Assembly (NCBI RefSeq): GCF_947568905.1 | Contig: NC_079172.1 | Coordinates: 15,810,001-15,874,000, forward strand | Direction: 5' to 3' | From: Ostrea edulis | Taxonomy: Eukaryota | Length of the DNA stretch: 64,000 bases | In this document: positions 13,565 to 25,900 of the stretch, piece by piece | Numbering within the stretch: the first letter of the stretch is position 1 | How the letters are laid out: the number at the start of each line of letters is the position of its first letter | The notes under the pieces: model-generated | What the model was told of the DNA's origin: nothing | Database searches by the model: none | The model's input: the letters and a program-made list of their open reading frames with translations, nothing else | Made by a program: the position numbers and the translations under genes

Positions 13565-13880
13565 AAAGATAGCGATTGCGGTAACCTAGTCGTAGAGTGC
13601 TAATTTTACGAACGGTCGGAGGTCCAGGGTCACGTCAAATTAAGACATTAAAATAAGTAGCTACTGTTTCTCTATCAAGCGTCCGACGTTGTAAGCGAAA
13701 GTTTCGGGTGTTTTGGACACTAGTAAATCTAGAGGTCCTGTGTAACGGTAAGCGTTAGCACGATTCTAACGGAACCCTCAACAGTGTGGCTTTGCGAGCC
13801 ATGCATACGTCATGCATTGTCACATCCATCATCTGGTGACGCTTTTCTATGGGTAAAAAATTCTCAAATGGGGTGTAATT
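13565..13880 (+). mobile_element. Degenerate tRNA-SINE related to the 59879-60215 family
   Basis: Decayed tRNA-like head, GAGGTCCTGTGTAACGGTA..GCACG core, GGTGACG..TATGGGTAAAAAATTCTC 3' end. Confidence 0.5.
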
Positions 13881-13889
13881 ACAAAAAAG

Positions 13890-13922
<33 letters not shown>

Positions 13923-14341
13923 TCACCTTGGCCCATATCTGAAGACTTTCCATATATATTTGCATGTAAAACCTTAGTCCCTATTATGGCCCAAACTACC
14001 CTTTGCAAACTTGAATCTACACTATATCAAAAAGCTTTCATGTAAATGACAACTTCTTAGGCCCAATGGTTCTTAAGAAGAAGATTTTTAAAGCTTTTTC
14101 CTATATTTGTATGTAAAACTTTGACACACCCCCCCCGCACTTGTGGCCCCATCCTACCCTCCGGGGGCCATGATTTGAACAAACTTGAATCTGCAATATG
14201 TCCCAGTGGTTCTTGAGAAGAAGATTTTTAAATGACCCCACCCTATTTTTGCATTTTTGTGATTATCTCCCCTTTGAAAGGGACATGGCCCTTCATTTGA
14301 ACAAACTTGAAAGCCCTTCACCCAAGGATGCTTTTGGCCAT

Positions 14342-14379
<38 letters not shown>

Positions 14380-14445
14380 TCGAAAATGTGAAAAGTTTAA
14401 CAGACAGACGGACAGACAGACAGACGGACAGACGACGGACAAAAA

Positions 14446-14490
<45 letters not shown>
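13890..14490 (+). mobile_element. HINE/Helentron-type non-autonomous element with satellite-like core
   Basis: 5' CAAGAGGCCCATGGGCCACATCGCTCACCTGAG; 3' GACA microsatellite, AAAGCTCACTTGAGCTTT hairpin and inverted subTIR CTCAGGTGAGCT. Partial copies at about 10380-11150 and 17330-17700. Confidence 0.8.
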
Positions 14491-14492
<2 letters not shown>

Positions 14493-14669
14493 TCTAAGGA
14501 AATAATAAGAAACGAAAGAAAATAGTAAACCTTCAACTTGCATGTTTCTTCAAATCAAATTTCTCTATTTTATTTCGATAAGAGATAAAATTCAAATTCT
14601 ATCGGTACACCCTGTATAATAATGAACAGAATGTTTACAGAAACATTCTCACTACGTATTACTACTTAC

Positions 14670-14792
14670 ACTTTCACTCTTTTCTGCAAACTGGCCACAT
14701 GCATACCTAGTTACGAGACAAGTTTTCCCTGCGTCGCACCTCCCCAATGTCACGACTTTGAAAGAGCAAGATAGTGTTCCCGATGAAGCCAT
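14670..14792 (-). CDS. Rab24-like GTPase, first coding exon, copy V2 (not in ORF track)
   Basis: Hand translation MASSGTLSCSFKVVTLGRCDAGKTCLVTRYACGQFAEKSES, 123 nt, GxxxxGKT P-loop, phase-0 GTAAGT donor. Confidence 0.8.
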
Positions 14793-16240
14793 TGCTGCAG
14801 TCTCATTAAACATTACAATGTTAATTTTGGCAACTTATCTTTTATTTCCTATCAAATTTCCTTGGTTACATGGCTCGAAGGACTGAAATCAAGGAAATTA
14901 TTTGTATCGGTTGTTCTTCCGTTTTCAACTCGGAATGAAGCCGTACCACAACACAAGTACATAGCAGATGTTCGAATGAAATTAAAATTAAAATGCTTTA
15001 TTTCAACGAGTATATGTTTTTTTCCCCAGTATTTATTAAAGAAAGTGTAATCATTAATGAAATAGATATCGAAACTTTTTTAAACCGGCCGACTTCCGGA
15101 ATGAATGAAAGAGCTGGATTAGAGGGGTGACCGTTTGACCGAAAACTTTGCATTTAGTTACATTTTGTCTCAATTATCATTAGAATTCTTCGTATCACGT
15201 ACCATTTTAAAATACAATGCACAAGTGTCATTATAAATAAAATAAATGACTAACATGTTTACTGTTTTATTTTTAGCACTGGAATTAAATAAACACAAAC
15301 ATTTTCATAATAAATAAACAGGCATGTACCGGATGGAAACACTTCATAAAAAATAGCACTGCATTTTGTGCGGGGTAAAGTCTCGTGCTAGCAAGATCAA
15401 ATGGTCAAATTTCACCTTTAAGAACAAATGAAACATATTGCAGGAAATAATTTCCTCTTTCAATTGAAGTCTTAATTTTTACAGATTATATTTTATTGAA
15501 TAACACGTGATCGGAATAGTTTTTGTTATCTTTTTAAGTTTTGCTTTTTCAACCAAAAAAAGAAAAAAAGACACTTCCATCATAAGATCATTGATTTACT
15601 ACAAATGAACATCTTGCATGTCAATGTGTCCCCATGTCATCATTTTGTGAATCAACATAATTTCATAGCATTATCAATTTTTAGTGTTATTTTTAAATCA
15701 AATCACTGCACTTTCGATACTCAGTTGTTAAATCAATTATTAATGGACAAAATTATACCACTTAATTTTGGTTTTATCTACATGCATAACTGGACCCCCA
15801 ACGGAAATAATCCCTTATGGCTTTTGGAGGCTTTCCAACATGGAGTGTGTTTTCAACTTACATGTAACTATTCTACATGCATGTACATACTAGAAAAAGA
15901 GATATTTCCAAGTATAGTAATCACGATTAAGTGATTTCTTAAATTTTACAGTGATTCAGTTTCTGTGATACTCTTAACCATGATTGTAAAGATGTCGTTT
16001 ACCAATTGAATGTGCTTCTTATCTGATTAACATAAATTAATAAAAACGTTGGTGTAATCGATACACAAGGTATTGTTCACTTTAATCCCGGCGATCTGAA
16101 ATTGTCGTGTGGTATAATTATAGGCGGAAATCAAATTAAATCGGCTTAATTACATGCAATACCAGAGGTAATTGACACGAGAGAACCCGTCTTCCTGATG
16201 TAATTATCAAAGATAATAGAAAACATGAAGAAAACACAAA

Positions 16241-16455
16241 GAGGTGTCCGGGAAGCGCAGAGGTACCGCTCTCGTTTCTCACCGCTGAAATCCCGAGTTC
16301 GATCTCCGTGATTAGCAGTGGTTAATTGTATGCAAGAGGGTATGGTGGTCCCCCGTTCGAACACGTGGGTTTGCTTCGGGTACTCCGGTTTCCTCCCACA
16401 TAAATGGCCCCCTAGCGCCAACAACCATGCGTCTACCCATTGGAAATAAGCTTTA
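16241..16455 (+). mobile_element. tRNA-derived SINE with V-domain-like core
   Basis: tRNA-like head (GAGTTCGATCTCC B-box-like) plus GTGGGTTTGCTTCGGGTACTCCGGTTTCCTCCCACA, which resembles the V-SINE core. Confidence 0.7.
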
Positions 16456-18661
16456 CGTATATTTGTATGTGTAGATGTATATACCGAATAAAGTTTCTTT
16501 TTCTTCTTTTTTTTTTTACCTATATACTCTTGATCATATCCACTGCCTATGCATTGAACAAATTTCAAAAGAAATCTATATACAAAATATGAAAATTCTA
16601 GTATTCTTTTTTTTAATAGTTCAGGAAATATTGAATACGTCAGATTTTAATGAAAAGTAGGTCAAACTTCCAAGTCAAGACCAAACACCAAGATATAACA
16701 AGAACTAGCCATTAAGAATCTACATATATACAAAATATGAAAGCTCTGCCTTTAATAGTTGAAGAGATAATGATTACACTGAAAGTCCGGTCTTTTAAAA
16801 AGTAGGTCAAGGTTACAATAACAAACACGATTGTAACAAGGTCTTGTCTAGCTGCAGAACTGTAGCTCTCTGAGAAAACATTGAGAGAGATCAGAGAGCT
16901 ACAGATCCATCCCTTATAAAAACCTTCGATTTACGACACACAAAAAGCTACGCACGGTCGAGGCCTCATATCGTTGTATTCTTATGTTGCCGTCTCGTTT
17001 TAATATCAAAAAATTTCTAACATATTTTCCTACTATGCTTGTGTCCAAACATACCTTCAAATATTTATTAAAGGTTTTTATAAGGGGTGGATCTGTAACT
17101 CTCTGATCTGTCCCAATATTTTCTCAGAAAGCTACATATGAAAAAAATATCGTAAATAGTTCAGGACATCCATGTATAAAATACTTCAGATTTTTATTAA
17201 AAGTGGGTCAAACTTCCAGATCAAGGTCACAAAATTACACAAGTCTTGTCGTAAAGAATGTATATACAAACTATGAAAGCCCTATCTTAAATAGTTCAAG
17301 AGATATTTTTAAAGATTTTTTTTCTATATAACAGCATGTAAAAATTGTTTCCCCTATTGTGGCCACACACTACCCCCAGGGACCATGATTTGAATAAACT
17401 GGAATTTTCTCTATAATAGGAAGCTTTCATGTAAATTTCAACTTTTTTACCCAGTGGTTTTTGAGAAGAAGATTTTCCCTATATATTTCCATGTAAAACT
17501 GATACCTATTGTGGCTCAACTCTACCCCCGGAGGCCATGATTTATCAAACTTGAATCTACATTTATTTATGACAAGAAGCTTTCATGTAAATTTCCACTT
17601 TTTTGGTCCAGTGGTTCTTGCGATGACTTTTTAAATGACTCTACCTTGAGAAGAAGATTTTAAAGATTTTCCCTATATATTCGCATTTAAAACTTTGATT
17701 CCCAATTGTCGTTGTAGATACACATTGGCATTGAAGAGTTACCCCCCTGAAAGTCGCTCTTTATCTACAATGATAAGGATTCCCAAATGATTTGGACAAA
17801 TTTGCAGTGGCGCCCCCCCCCCCCTAAAATTTTCAAATTTAAGGTAAATCGCGGTATCTTGCTTCGGAAAATGTACTAAACGATTAAAGAAGCAATAATT
17901 TCTTCCACTCTCGGAGAAATAAATGACAAAATCTTTTGATTTCTTGAATTACTTTATTGGGAGAACTTAATTTTTTCCAAAAAAAAAACACCTTAAAATG
18001 TGGGTCATTTTATTAATTTCATCTTATTAAAATGATAGAAAATAGTACAAATGACTAAATAGGAGAAATATTTCAAGCCCCATAAAATCTGTAAAATCCA
18101 GGAGCTTCGTCCTGGACCCACTGCCTCATAAAGTGGCGCCCCCCCCCCCCCCCCCCCGTAACCACAATTCCTGGATCCGCCCCTGATTTGTATTGAGGGT
18201 TCATATATTAACTGGAAAGATCTTACCAAATGTGCAACAAAAATCAATAAGAAGTATTTTTTTCCATGCCAGTCTTGCTTATCCTTTAAAGTTTGTTTTC
18301 CTCTTCCAGTTTGTGAACAATATCAGAACATTATGGTTGGTAAGCGTACATATGTAAGTCAAAATCTCCAGGATCTGACCTGGATTTCTCGAAGCAATCT
18401 TAAGTCGAAACTCGGACTTAAGTCGGAGATTTTACTCAAATCCTGACTGTTTAAATAAAAGTAAACTCAAATTTAAGTTTGAGATTTTTTCGAGAAATTC
18501 AAGCTCGCGTGGTTGTCTTGAACTGTAGCTCTCTGATGGGTGGGGGGTAGGATAGACCAGAAAGATACAGATCTACACACTGAAATAAAATCAACAACTA
18601 CAAAAAAACTCCCGATTTACAATGCACCTTCCTCCGAAAAAGATAGAGAATTAACACAAAA

Positions 18662-19097
18662 GGACTAGTGTGAAACTAGTGTGTAAAGCTATCCGTAATG
18701 AACAAACAGGCACTAGTGTTAAACTAGTGTGTAAAGCTATCCGTAATGTACAACCAGGTACTAGTGTGAAACTAGTGTGTAAAGCTATCTGTAATGAACA
18801 CCAGGTACTAGTGTGAAACTAGTGTGTAAAGTTATCCGCAATGAACAAACAGGTACTAGTGTGAAACTAGTGTGTAAAGCTATCTGTAATGAACAAACAG
18901 GTACTAGTGTGAAACTAGTGTGTAAAGCTATCCGTAATGAACAAACAGGTACTAGTGTAAAACTAGTGTGTAAAGCTATCCGTAATGTACAACCAGGTAC
19001 TAGTCTGAAACTAGTGTGTAAAGCTATCCGTAATTAACAACCAGGTACTTGTGTGAAACTAGTGTGTAAAGCTATCCGTAATGAACAACCAGGCACT
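18662..19097. repeat. ~49-bp minisatellite ACTAGTGTGAAACTAGTGTGTAAAGCTATCCGTAATGAACAAACAGGT, about 9 units
   Basis: Direct inspection; explains ORF 18813-19037. Confidence 0.95.
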
Positions 19098-20385
19098 TGG
19101 ATCGAAAGGAAATTGTTTAACTAAAGATTGAATTTAGCTAGTGGCTAAAACGAACAAACCCCAATACCTAAATACAACTAGACACACACAACACATATCT
19201 CTACAAAAGAAAAGCCTGAGACCCATGGTTAAAGTCGGCATGGCTCTATCATGTCTATAGGGGTAGCTCTGAAGATAAACACGTGTACTCTAATTTGATC
19301 AACTTTGTTTCTTTCTTCTTAACAATTTTACTTACAAATAGTGAAAGGGATTGGGCAGTAGCCATAGCCTATTTTAGCACTCCCCTGTGAAATGAACTTG
19401 ATTGAATTCATTTTGTACGGTAAAAAGTTCGTATGGTTTGCAGCAAGTGTCTTTAACTGAACATTTAACTCATATTACTTAGGAAAGGATAAGGTAGTTG
19501 ATATGTCTCTTCCTATACTCATTGACAAGGTTTAGTTGACGGATGAGGCCAAAACATCATAAAGTCTACGTTCCTTCTCACCTGAACAAATACCTAACAA
19601 TTGATTAGAATCTATTGTGCAAATAAATGAAACGCTGTGAAAACAAATTTACCATGCATATAATATTAGTGCAACATATATGTACACCACGTGCTTACAT
19701 TCATGATCGTAATAATTCTGTGTCGTTTCATGAAAGAAGATATCGACATTGTATCATATTCATGTTGTTATACATTTTGTACAGTGCAAATAAAACGATG
19801 CGACCATTGGTTAGACTCGCGCAGTCCTAGGACGTGTATAATGCGCGTGGATAGCTGGTAAACTCGTTCATTACGTGCCTTACATGTAAGATTATGTGTT
19901 ATTTCGCAGTAAGTTTAATACACTCCCATCCTCCGTAAATCCCCACCCTCCACATTATAGTAAATATACTGAATATCAAATGCTATTCGTGTGCACTGCA
20001 AATGTTGAATTATAGTGAGGAGGGCCCAAATTAACACCACCTGTAATACACTGTAATTAGTCGAACCTTGGTGATATGTACGCCAGGTGCTCGGCTTTAA
20101 TAAGGACCCTCTCCACACTTTATACAAATGGGTTTTTTTTCCAGAAATTAAGAAAATTATATCGTATATAAATATGTAGTTCTTGCGATTATCTGGACTT
20201 TTTCAGCAGGGGGTATATCTCATTCTGTCCCAGGAAAAATCTCCAAAGACGATCGAAGAAGTGATGATCAGAGATTTGAAATGGCAAAGATACATTCCGT
20301 AACTTTATCTTGGTCTCATATACAATGATGCATAATGATGAAACCACTTCATTTGATTACAAATTGTGTATAACATTGTAATATT

Positions 20386-20470
20386 GTATAACATTGTAAT
20401 ATTGTATAACATTGTAATATTGTATAACATTGTAATATTGTATAACATTGTAATATTGTATAACATTGTA
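20386..20470. repeat. 18-bp tandem repeat (ATTGTATAACATTGTAAT)n
   Basis: Direct inspection, about 5 units. Confidence 0.9.
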
Positions 20471-21407
20471 AATTTAATTTCAGTTTATTGTATTGTACAC
20501 AAAAGTGTATATTGCTCTAACTGCAGAACAGTACATGCAACATGAACTTTGAACTCTCCCTAAACATATGGCCTAGTCTCATTTTCACATTAACCTCTAG
20601 CTGGTGTTAATTTTCTATGAATGAAATATTCTTGAGTACACCAAATAAGCCAAGTTTGTCACAGTACAATATATTACAATGAGACAGATTGCTATTAAAC
20701 ATCACTAACTGGTTACCATCCCCTATTGGGTGTAGACGTGTGCTAATAGAATACACATAATAATATTAAACAATTTCAACAAATTACCATTACTTATTCC
20801 ATTAAAATAAAGTAGAAGTAATATTGTAATTATGAAAACAAGACCACTTTTAATCTAATTATGGGAAGAAATTTGCCTGGACTTGAAATATTTTGATTAC
20901 TTTTGATCACATTTAAATATAATTACTTTATATATAAAAAAGAAAAGTTTAAAAAAAAAAACTTTTTTACAATTACAACATTATTGTTTTACAACATACA
21001 GTGAACATTTTTTCATTGGTAGCTTTCCTGAGAAGGATATTCCTATTAAATGAATTTGCAGGAAATACTAAGAAGTAAAACCTTTTTGTTACACAGATTT
21101 CTTGTATCATTTGTACATAATTTATGTATGCTATAGATCTATGGTGAACAGAAGTCCCAATCTTTTGACATTTATTTGTCAACATCAACTGTATCAATTA
21201 CACTGTGAATTAACCTAGTATACATAATACTAAGTTGCTTGATATATTAGCTTTGGCCCACTGAGCACTCAGTGATTGTTATTTCACATGTACACGACTG
21301 CAGTGCAGTGGACAAATGCATCCTATAAACTTCATCTAATGACATTTTGAAGTCGAAAAACTGATCTCCATCTAAAGATATCATACATGTGTCTATAGTG
21401 TAAGTAG

Positions 21408-21580
21408 AGAAAATTATCCCTTTCCTCAACTGTACTTTACAACCAGTGGTCAGTTTAAACATCTGTAAGGGAGTGGTATGATTGGATCATATTAAAAGGG
21501 AGCGGAGTGATTGGATCATACAGACATTTAAAAATGACCATTGGTTGTGAAATACAACTGAGGAAAGGGATAATTTTCTC
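21408..21580. mobile_element. Palindromic MITE-like element
   Basis: AGAAAATTATCCCTTTCCTCAACTGTA..ACAACCAGTGGTCA..TCTGTA is mirrored by TACAGA..TGACCATTGGTTGT..ACAACTGAGGAAAGGGATAATTTTCT. Confidence 0.7.
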
Positions 21581-22194
21581 CAATAGAAGTATTTGACACA
21601 AGTATTCGTATTCTACTTTCGAAATGAGATGAGGGTTTTTTTTTTATCAATTTTAAAATGTTATTAGATCTACATGGTCATGATGGTGATGGAAAAACTT
21701 GAATGTTCAGCAGGCCTTGGTTAATGTCGACAGTTTACATTAATAAATTGGTGAAATCTTCTAATTTATTCAAATTTTTCAACTGGATAGGTGTAAGTAA
21801 TAAATTTACAACATGTTTGGACCGATTAGATAAGTACTGGACCAGTACCTACACAGTTATGCTTAAAAGCTGAGGAGCTATAACTTCTTTCTAATTATAA
21901 GAATACAAGCTGAAAGCTACATAGTGCAGTGTTAAATGCCTCTGTTGAATCTTATTTCTATTGCTGAAATTGGGTAGCCTATAATAAACGTTACAAACCT
22001 TCCTCTATTATACACATCAAGGCTACCCAGACTGTGAACGTGCATCAACTTGAATGGTCGGTCTTCATATTAGATTTCATGAAAGCATTATAAAATTATG
22101 TTGTACACACCAGTATGGTACTAAATAACCATACGAATGTACATCTATTGAGCACACACACGATAAGAAAGAAAACAGAAAAGTGTCTACTTAC

Positions 22195-22323
22195 GTTTTG
22201 ATAATTGCTGGTAAATCTTTCGTGGACATATCTAGAGACGAGGCATGTTTTCCCAACGTAAGCTTTTCCTAACAGAACGATTTTGATCTGTAGCTGTCCA
22301 TTTTTATTGCCACTGGATGCCAT
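22195..22323 (-). CDS. RAB24: Rab24-like GTPase, first coding exon, copy V1 (closest to canonical Rab24)
   Basis: MASSGNKNGQLQIKIVLLGKAYVGKTCLVSRYVHERFTSNYQN, 129 nt, then a GTAAGT donor (phase 0). Resembles Rab24 [25 protein letters not shown]...YQN, ending just before TIGAAF. Confidence 0.85.
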
Positions 22324-22999
22324 TACATTACAACTATTATACTAAGTCACTTAATGATCTGTCATTACAGATTTTTACTGTTTTTGGAAAACCGAAAGTA
22401 AGATAACGACGCTAAAAAAGAAACTAAATTGCTCAGACACATAATTTCCGAATTCGCACACATGACTTCTTTTTTTTTTAAATCAGTGAATAGATCCCCC
22501 AAAACGGTGTTTTTCACTAGATTGTTTACATCAAAGCCGTAATCTTTTGAACAACTTGTAACCTACTGTTGAAATGCACTATAAGTTCTTATCGTTCTAG
22601 AAACCAATATTCTCTTTAGAGAAGTCGAGAGACATACCCTTCGTTGTATGATGATGAAGGCTATGCCTCTCGACTTCTCTAATATAAAGAGAATAGAAAC
22701 CAAGGGTGGCATATTTCTGCCATCATACATAATTTGTATTTAATCAAGTAATGTTTTAGTTTAAACAATATTTATTTGTAAATAATTCGATAATGTATAC
22801 AAACAAAGTCTTATACATGAAATAGATTGAGAAACAAGCCAAAAGGTTTTGATTTTTCAAATAATAAAAAAAAAAACTTAAAAGGGCAACCGTAAAAATG
22901 CTTTCATGTTCATAGTGTGTCATCCACTTAACTACGGAAAGCACAGGGGTCTGTCACGAAATATTTGCAACGAGGCCCCTGTGCGGAAAGTAGCAAGTA

Positions 23000-25900
23000 C
23001 TAAACGCCGGATCTAGTAGTGAGGTACAAAAGATGAGTCAATATCTCCATTAATATACAGTATTGATTTAATTTGGTAAAAAGATATAGCATATCTGGAG
23101 CAAGGGCTATCAGAACATATACACGTATTTTTAAGGTGCATGTAATTTGACAAAATATATGTAAAAAGAGTCCCAAACTTAGGAGAGGTAGGGGGGAAAT
23201 GATGTCGGAATAAAGTAGACGGCATTGAGTAATGGAGAATAACTCTTAAAGTATTCCTTGTATCTTTATTCGGTCAACGAATAAAGCATCTGTGGACCAA
23301 AGGCTATCAGGAAATATCTACTTTTTGTGATTTAATTAAAGTCAAATGAGGAAAAGTCGCCACGGTGCCAGAATGAGTAGAAGTTGAAAAAAAAAATCGT
23401 TATTAAAATGAAGAACTCGACATTGAAGAGACGCTGATATTTCCTAAAGTGTTAATCGTGTTTTCATAAACAGAAAATATATGGACCAAGGGCCTTGAAG
23501 TTAAATATTATAGGTAAAACCGTAATCAATTGGGAAATGAAAAAAAAGCTATGCCAGAATGAAAAATATTCATTTTTTCGTGTACATTTTCAGACACATC
23601 TGATGAAACCATCCACAGCCAGTCAAACACTTCGAGGTGTGAAAAAACAACATGGTATGGGTACCTGCTATCATCACATTTTAGCGACGCGTTTTAAAAT
23701 AGTTGATAATATTTCGGACACAAAGAAAACCATTAATTTAAAACAATTATCAAAAAACAGTTTAAAACGTAAAAATGAATAAATCTGGAAGAAAAATAAA
23801 CCCGGGTACAGATGACTATATAATAAAGACATTGTATCTGTTCCAGATTACACCGCTGCCGCCATGGAAAACGATCCCATTGAAATCAAAGATGAAGGGG
23901 GGAAAGGAGAAGGATTTAAATAGGGACGATGAAGATTGGGTTCATGGTCTCAAAAATGCACACGAGGAAAATATATTAGATTCCAGAGGATTGTTATGTT
24001 CCGATATTATGAGGACGGCGATGAAAATTGTATCAAAGCAGTTCAAATTTCAAACGACAAATTTCGCTCCGATTCTTTATGATGAATCCTTTACTTGGAA
24101 ATGTAATAAAAAGATATCAGCCACCTTTCTTACCTTTCGCTCAAATACATTACACATGTAGATATCATTGGGTTTTATCATTTCAGACGTCACGGAACAA
24201 ATATAAGTTTTTTAAGATAGCTTAAAAGGGTGAAGATAACGAACAGTGATCAATCTCATAACTCCTATAAGAAATACAAGATAGAGAGTTGGGCAAACAC
24301 ATACCCCTGGATATACCAGAGGTGGGATCACTTGCATAGGAGGAGTAAGCATCCCCGTGAACCCTATATCTTGATCAGGTAATCGGAATTATCCGTAGTC
24401 GAAATCAATGTGCCAAGAACGGCTTAACAATCAGTATGAAGCACGTCAGACAGCATTTGTCCCAATGATAGTTTTTATGGACAAACTAGATCGTTATAAT
24501 GACCATAGAATTTGCAAAGCATTGACTTTAAATGCGACTGTTGAAACTCCTGCACCATTAACTTGTTTGTCAGTAACCTGCCTCGATTTAAAAACTGACC
24601 ATACACAAAGCAAGTTCTTGCATATTGAATTGGTTGAGAGATATAAACACCATATGCAGGTGATAATGGAATATTGTTACATAGATATGGGTAGTTGACG
24701 AAACATCCTGTTTATCGTAAAGTTGAGTTGTTAGTTTGCCGTTAATATCCATTTTCAATAAAATATCTCAGTATGAAGCAGAAGTGGACGACTCTGTGGT
24801 GTCTTCGAGGGATATATCGAATCGACATATGAATGAAAATTATCATTGTTAATGGATTATACGTCGTCGATATATCTAAATGTGGATTTGAAGGCCACTG
24901 CAAGAGATTTTTTCTTCTCAAGTAGAAGTTTTTGAATAAATTCTGCTTCATAAGAATATAAAAACAGGTCAGCTAATTAAGGAGCACAATTCGTGCCCAT
25001 GGGGATTTCAACAGACTGTTTAAAGATCTGATCACAAAAAAAAACCAAACCACGAAGATATTGTCAATGAGGAACTCCAGCATATTTTTAATTTCAACTT
25101 CAGAATATTTGTGCGTGGAATCAGAGTGGTGTTTAACAAGGTAATTTTTTGGATGACTGATCACTAGATATGAATATTTCCGTTTTCCATTTCTGTTGAA
25201 GAAGCAACTGTCTATGATGTCAAAAAGTCTAGTCTTTAATTTATCGTGAGGAATGGTCAAGTAAAGTGTTGAAAAGTCGTACGTTTTGATGTTGTTGATT
25301 TGAGAAAAGTTTTGCAATTTTAAATTTACTATAAGTTTTTTTAGAATCCACATTTGATTTACAGAGCTTCTGGCATATGTAGTAGCACAGTACGTTTAAA
25401 GTTTCTCCTTCATAGCTGTTAATATTTTAGTGAGGAGCAAAGATAGGGGCATGGTAGAACATTAACCGGATCCAGTAATGTATCTTTGTTTGTAAGTGTT
25501 TGTAAGGTTTTTTTAATGAAATTTAGGAATCCAGTATATGTACAGTAAGTCAGTAACTCATATCCATCCATCCCATTGACTGGGATATTAAATGTGTCTA
25601 AAACTGTAGCATGGTTTTGAAGAATTTCATCTTTTGAAACGGCAGTTGTAGTATAAGTACGATTACCAAAAGTGAAATTAGAAATACAGTTGTAATAATA
25701 AACCTTACAAATAAAGACAATGTTGTTACAAGGTTTGTCAGATAGAACCAAAACATATTCCTTATGTAACCTATCTAATTCGTTTATCACTTCTGGTTTA
25801 CTAAACACAGAAGGATAGATGGTATGTATTTTTGTTTTGATGTGTCTAATGCGGGATTTTGATATTCCTCTTATACTTTTAAACCATTCTGACAATGTAT

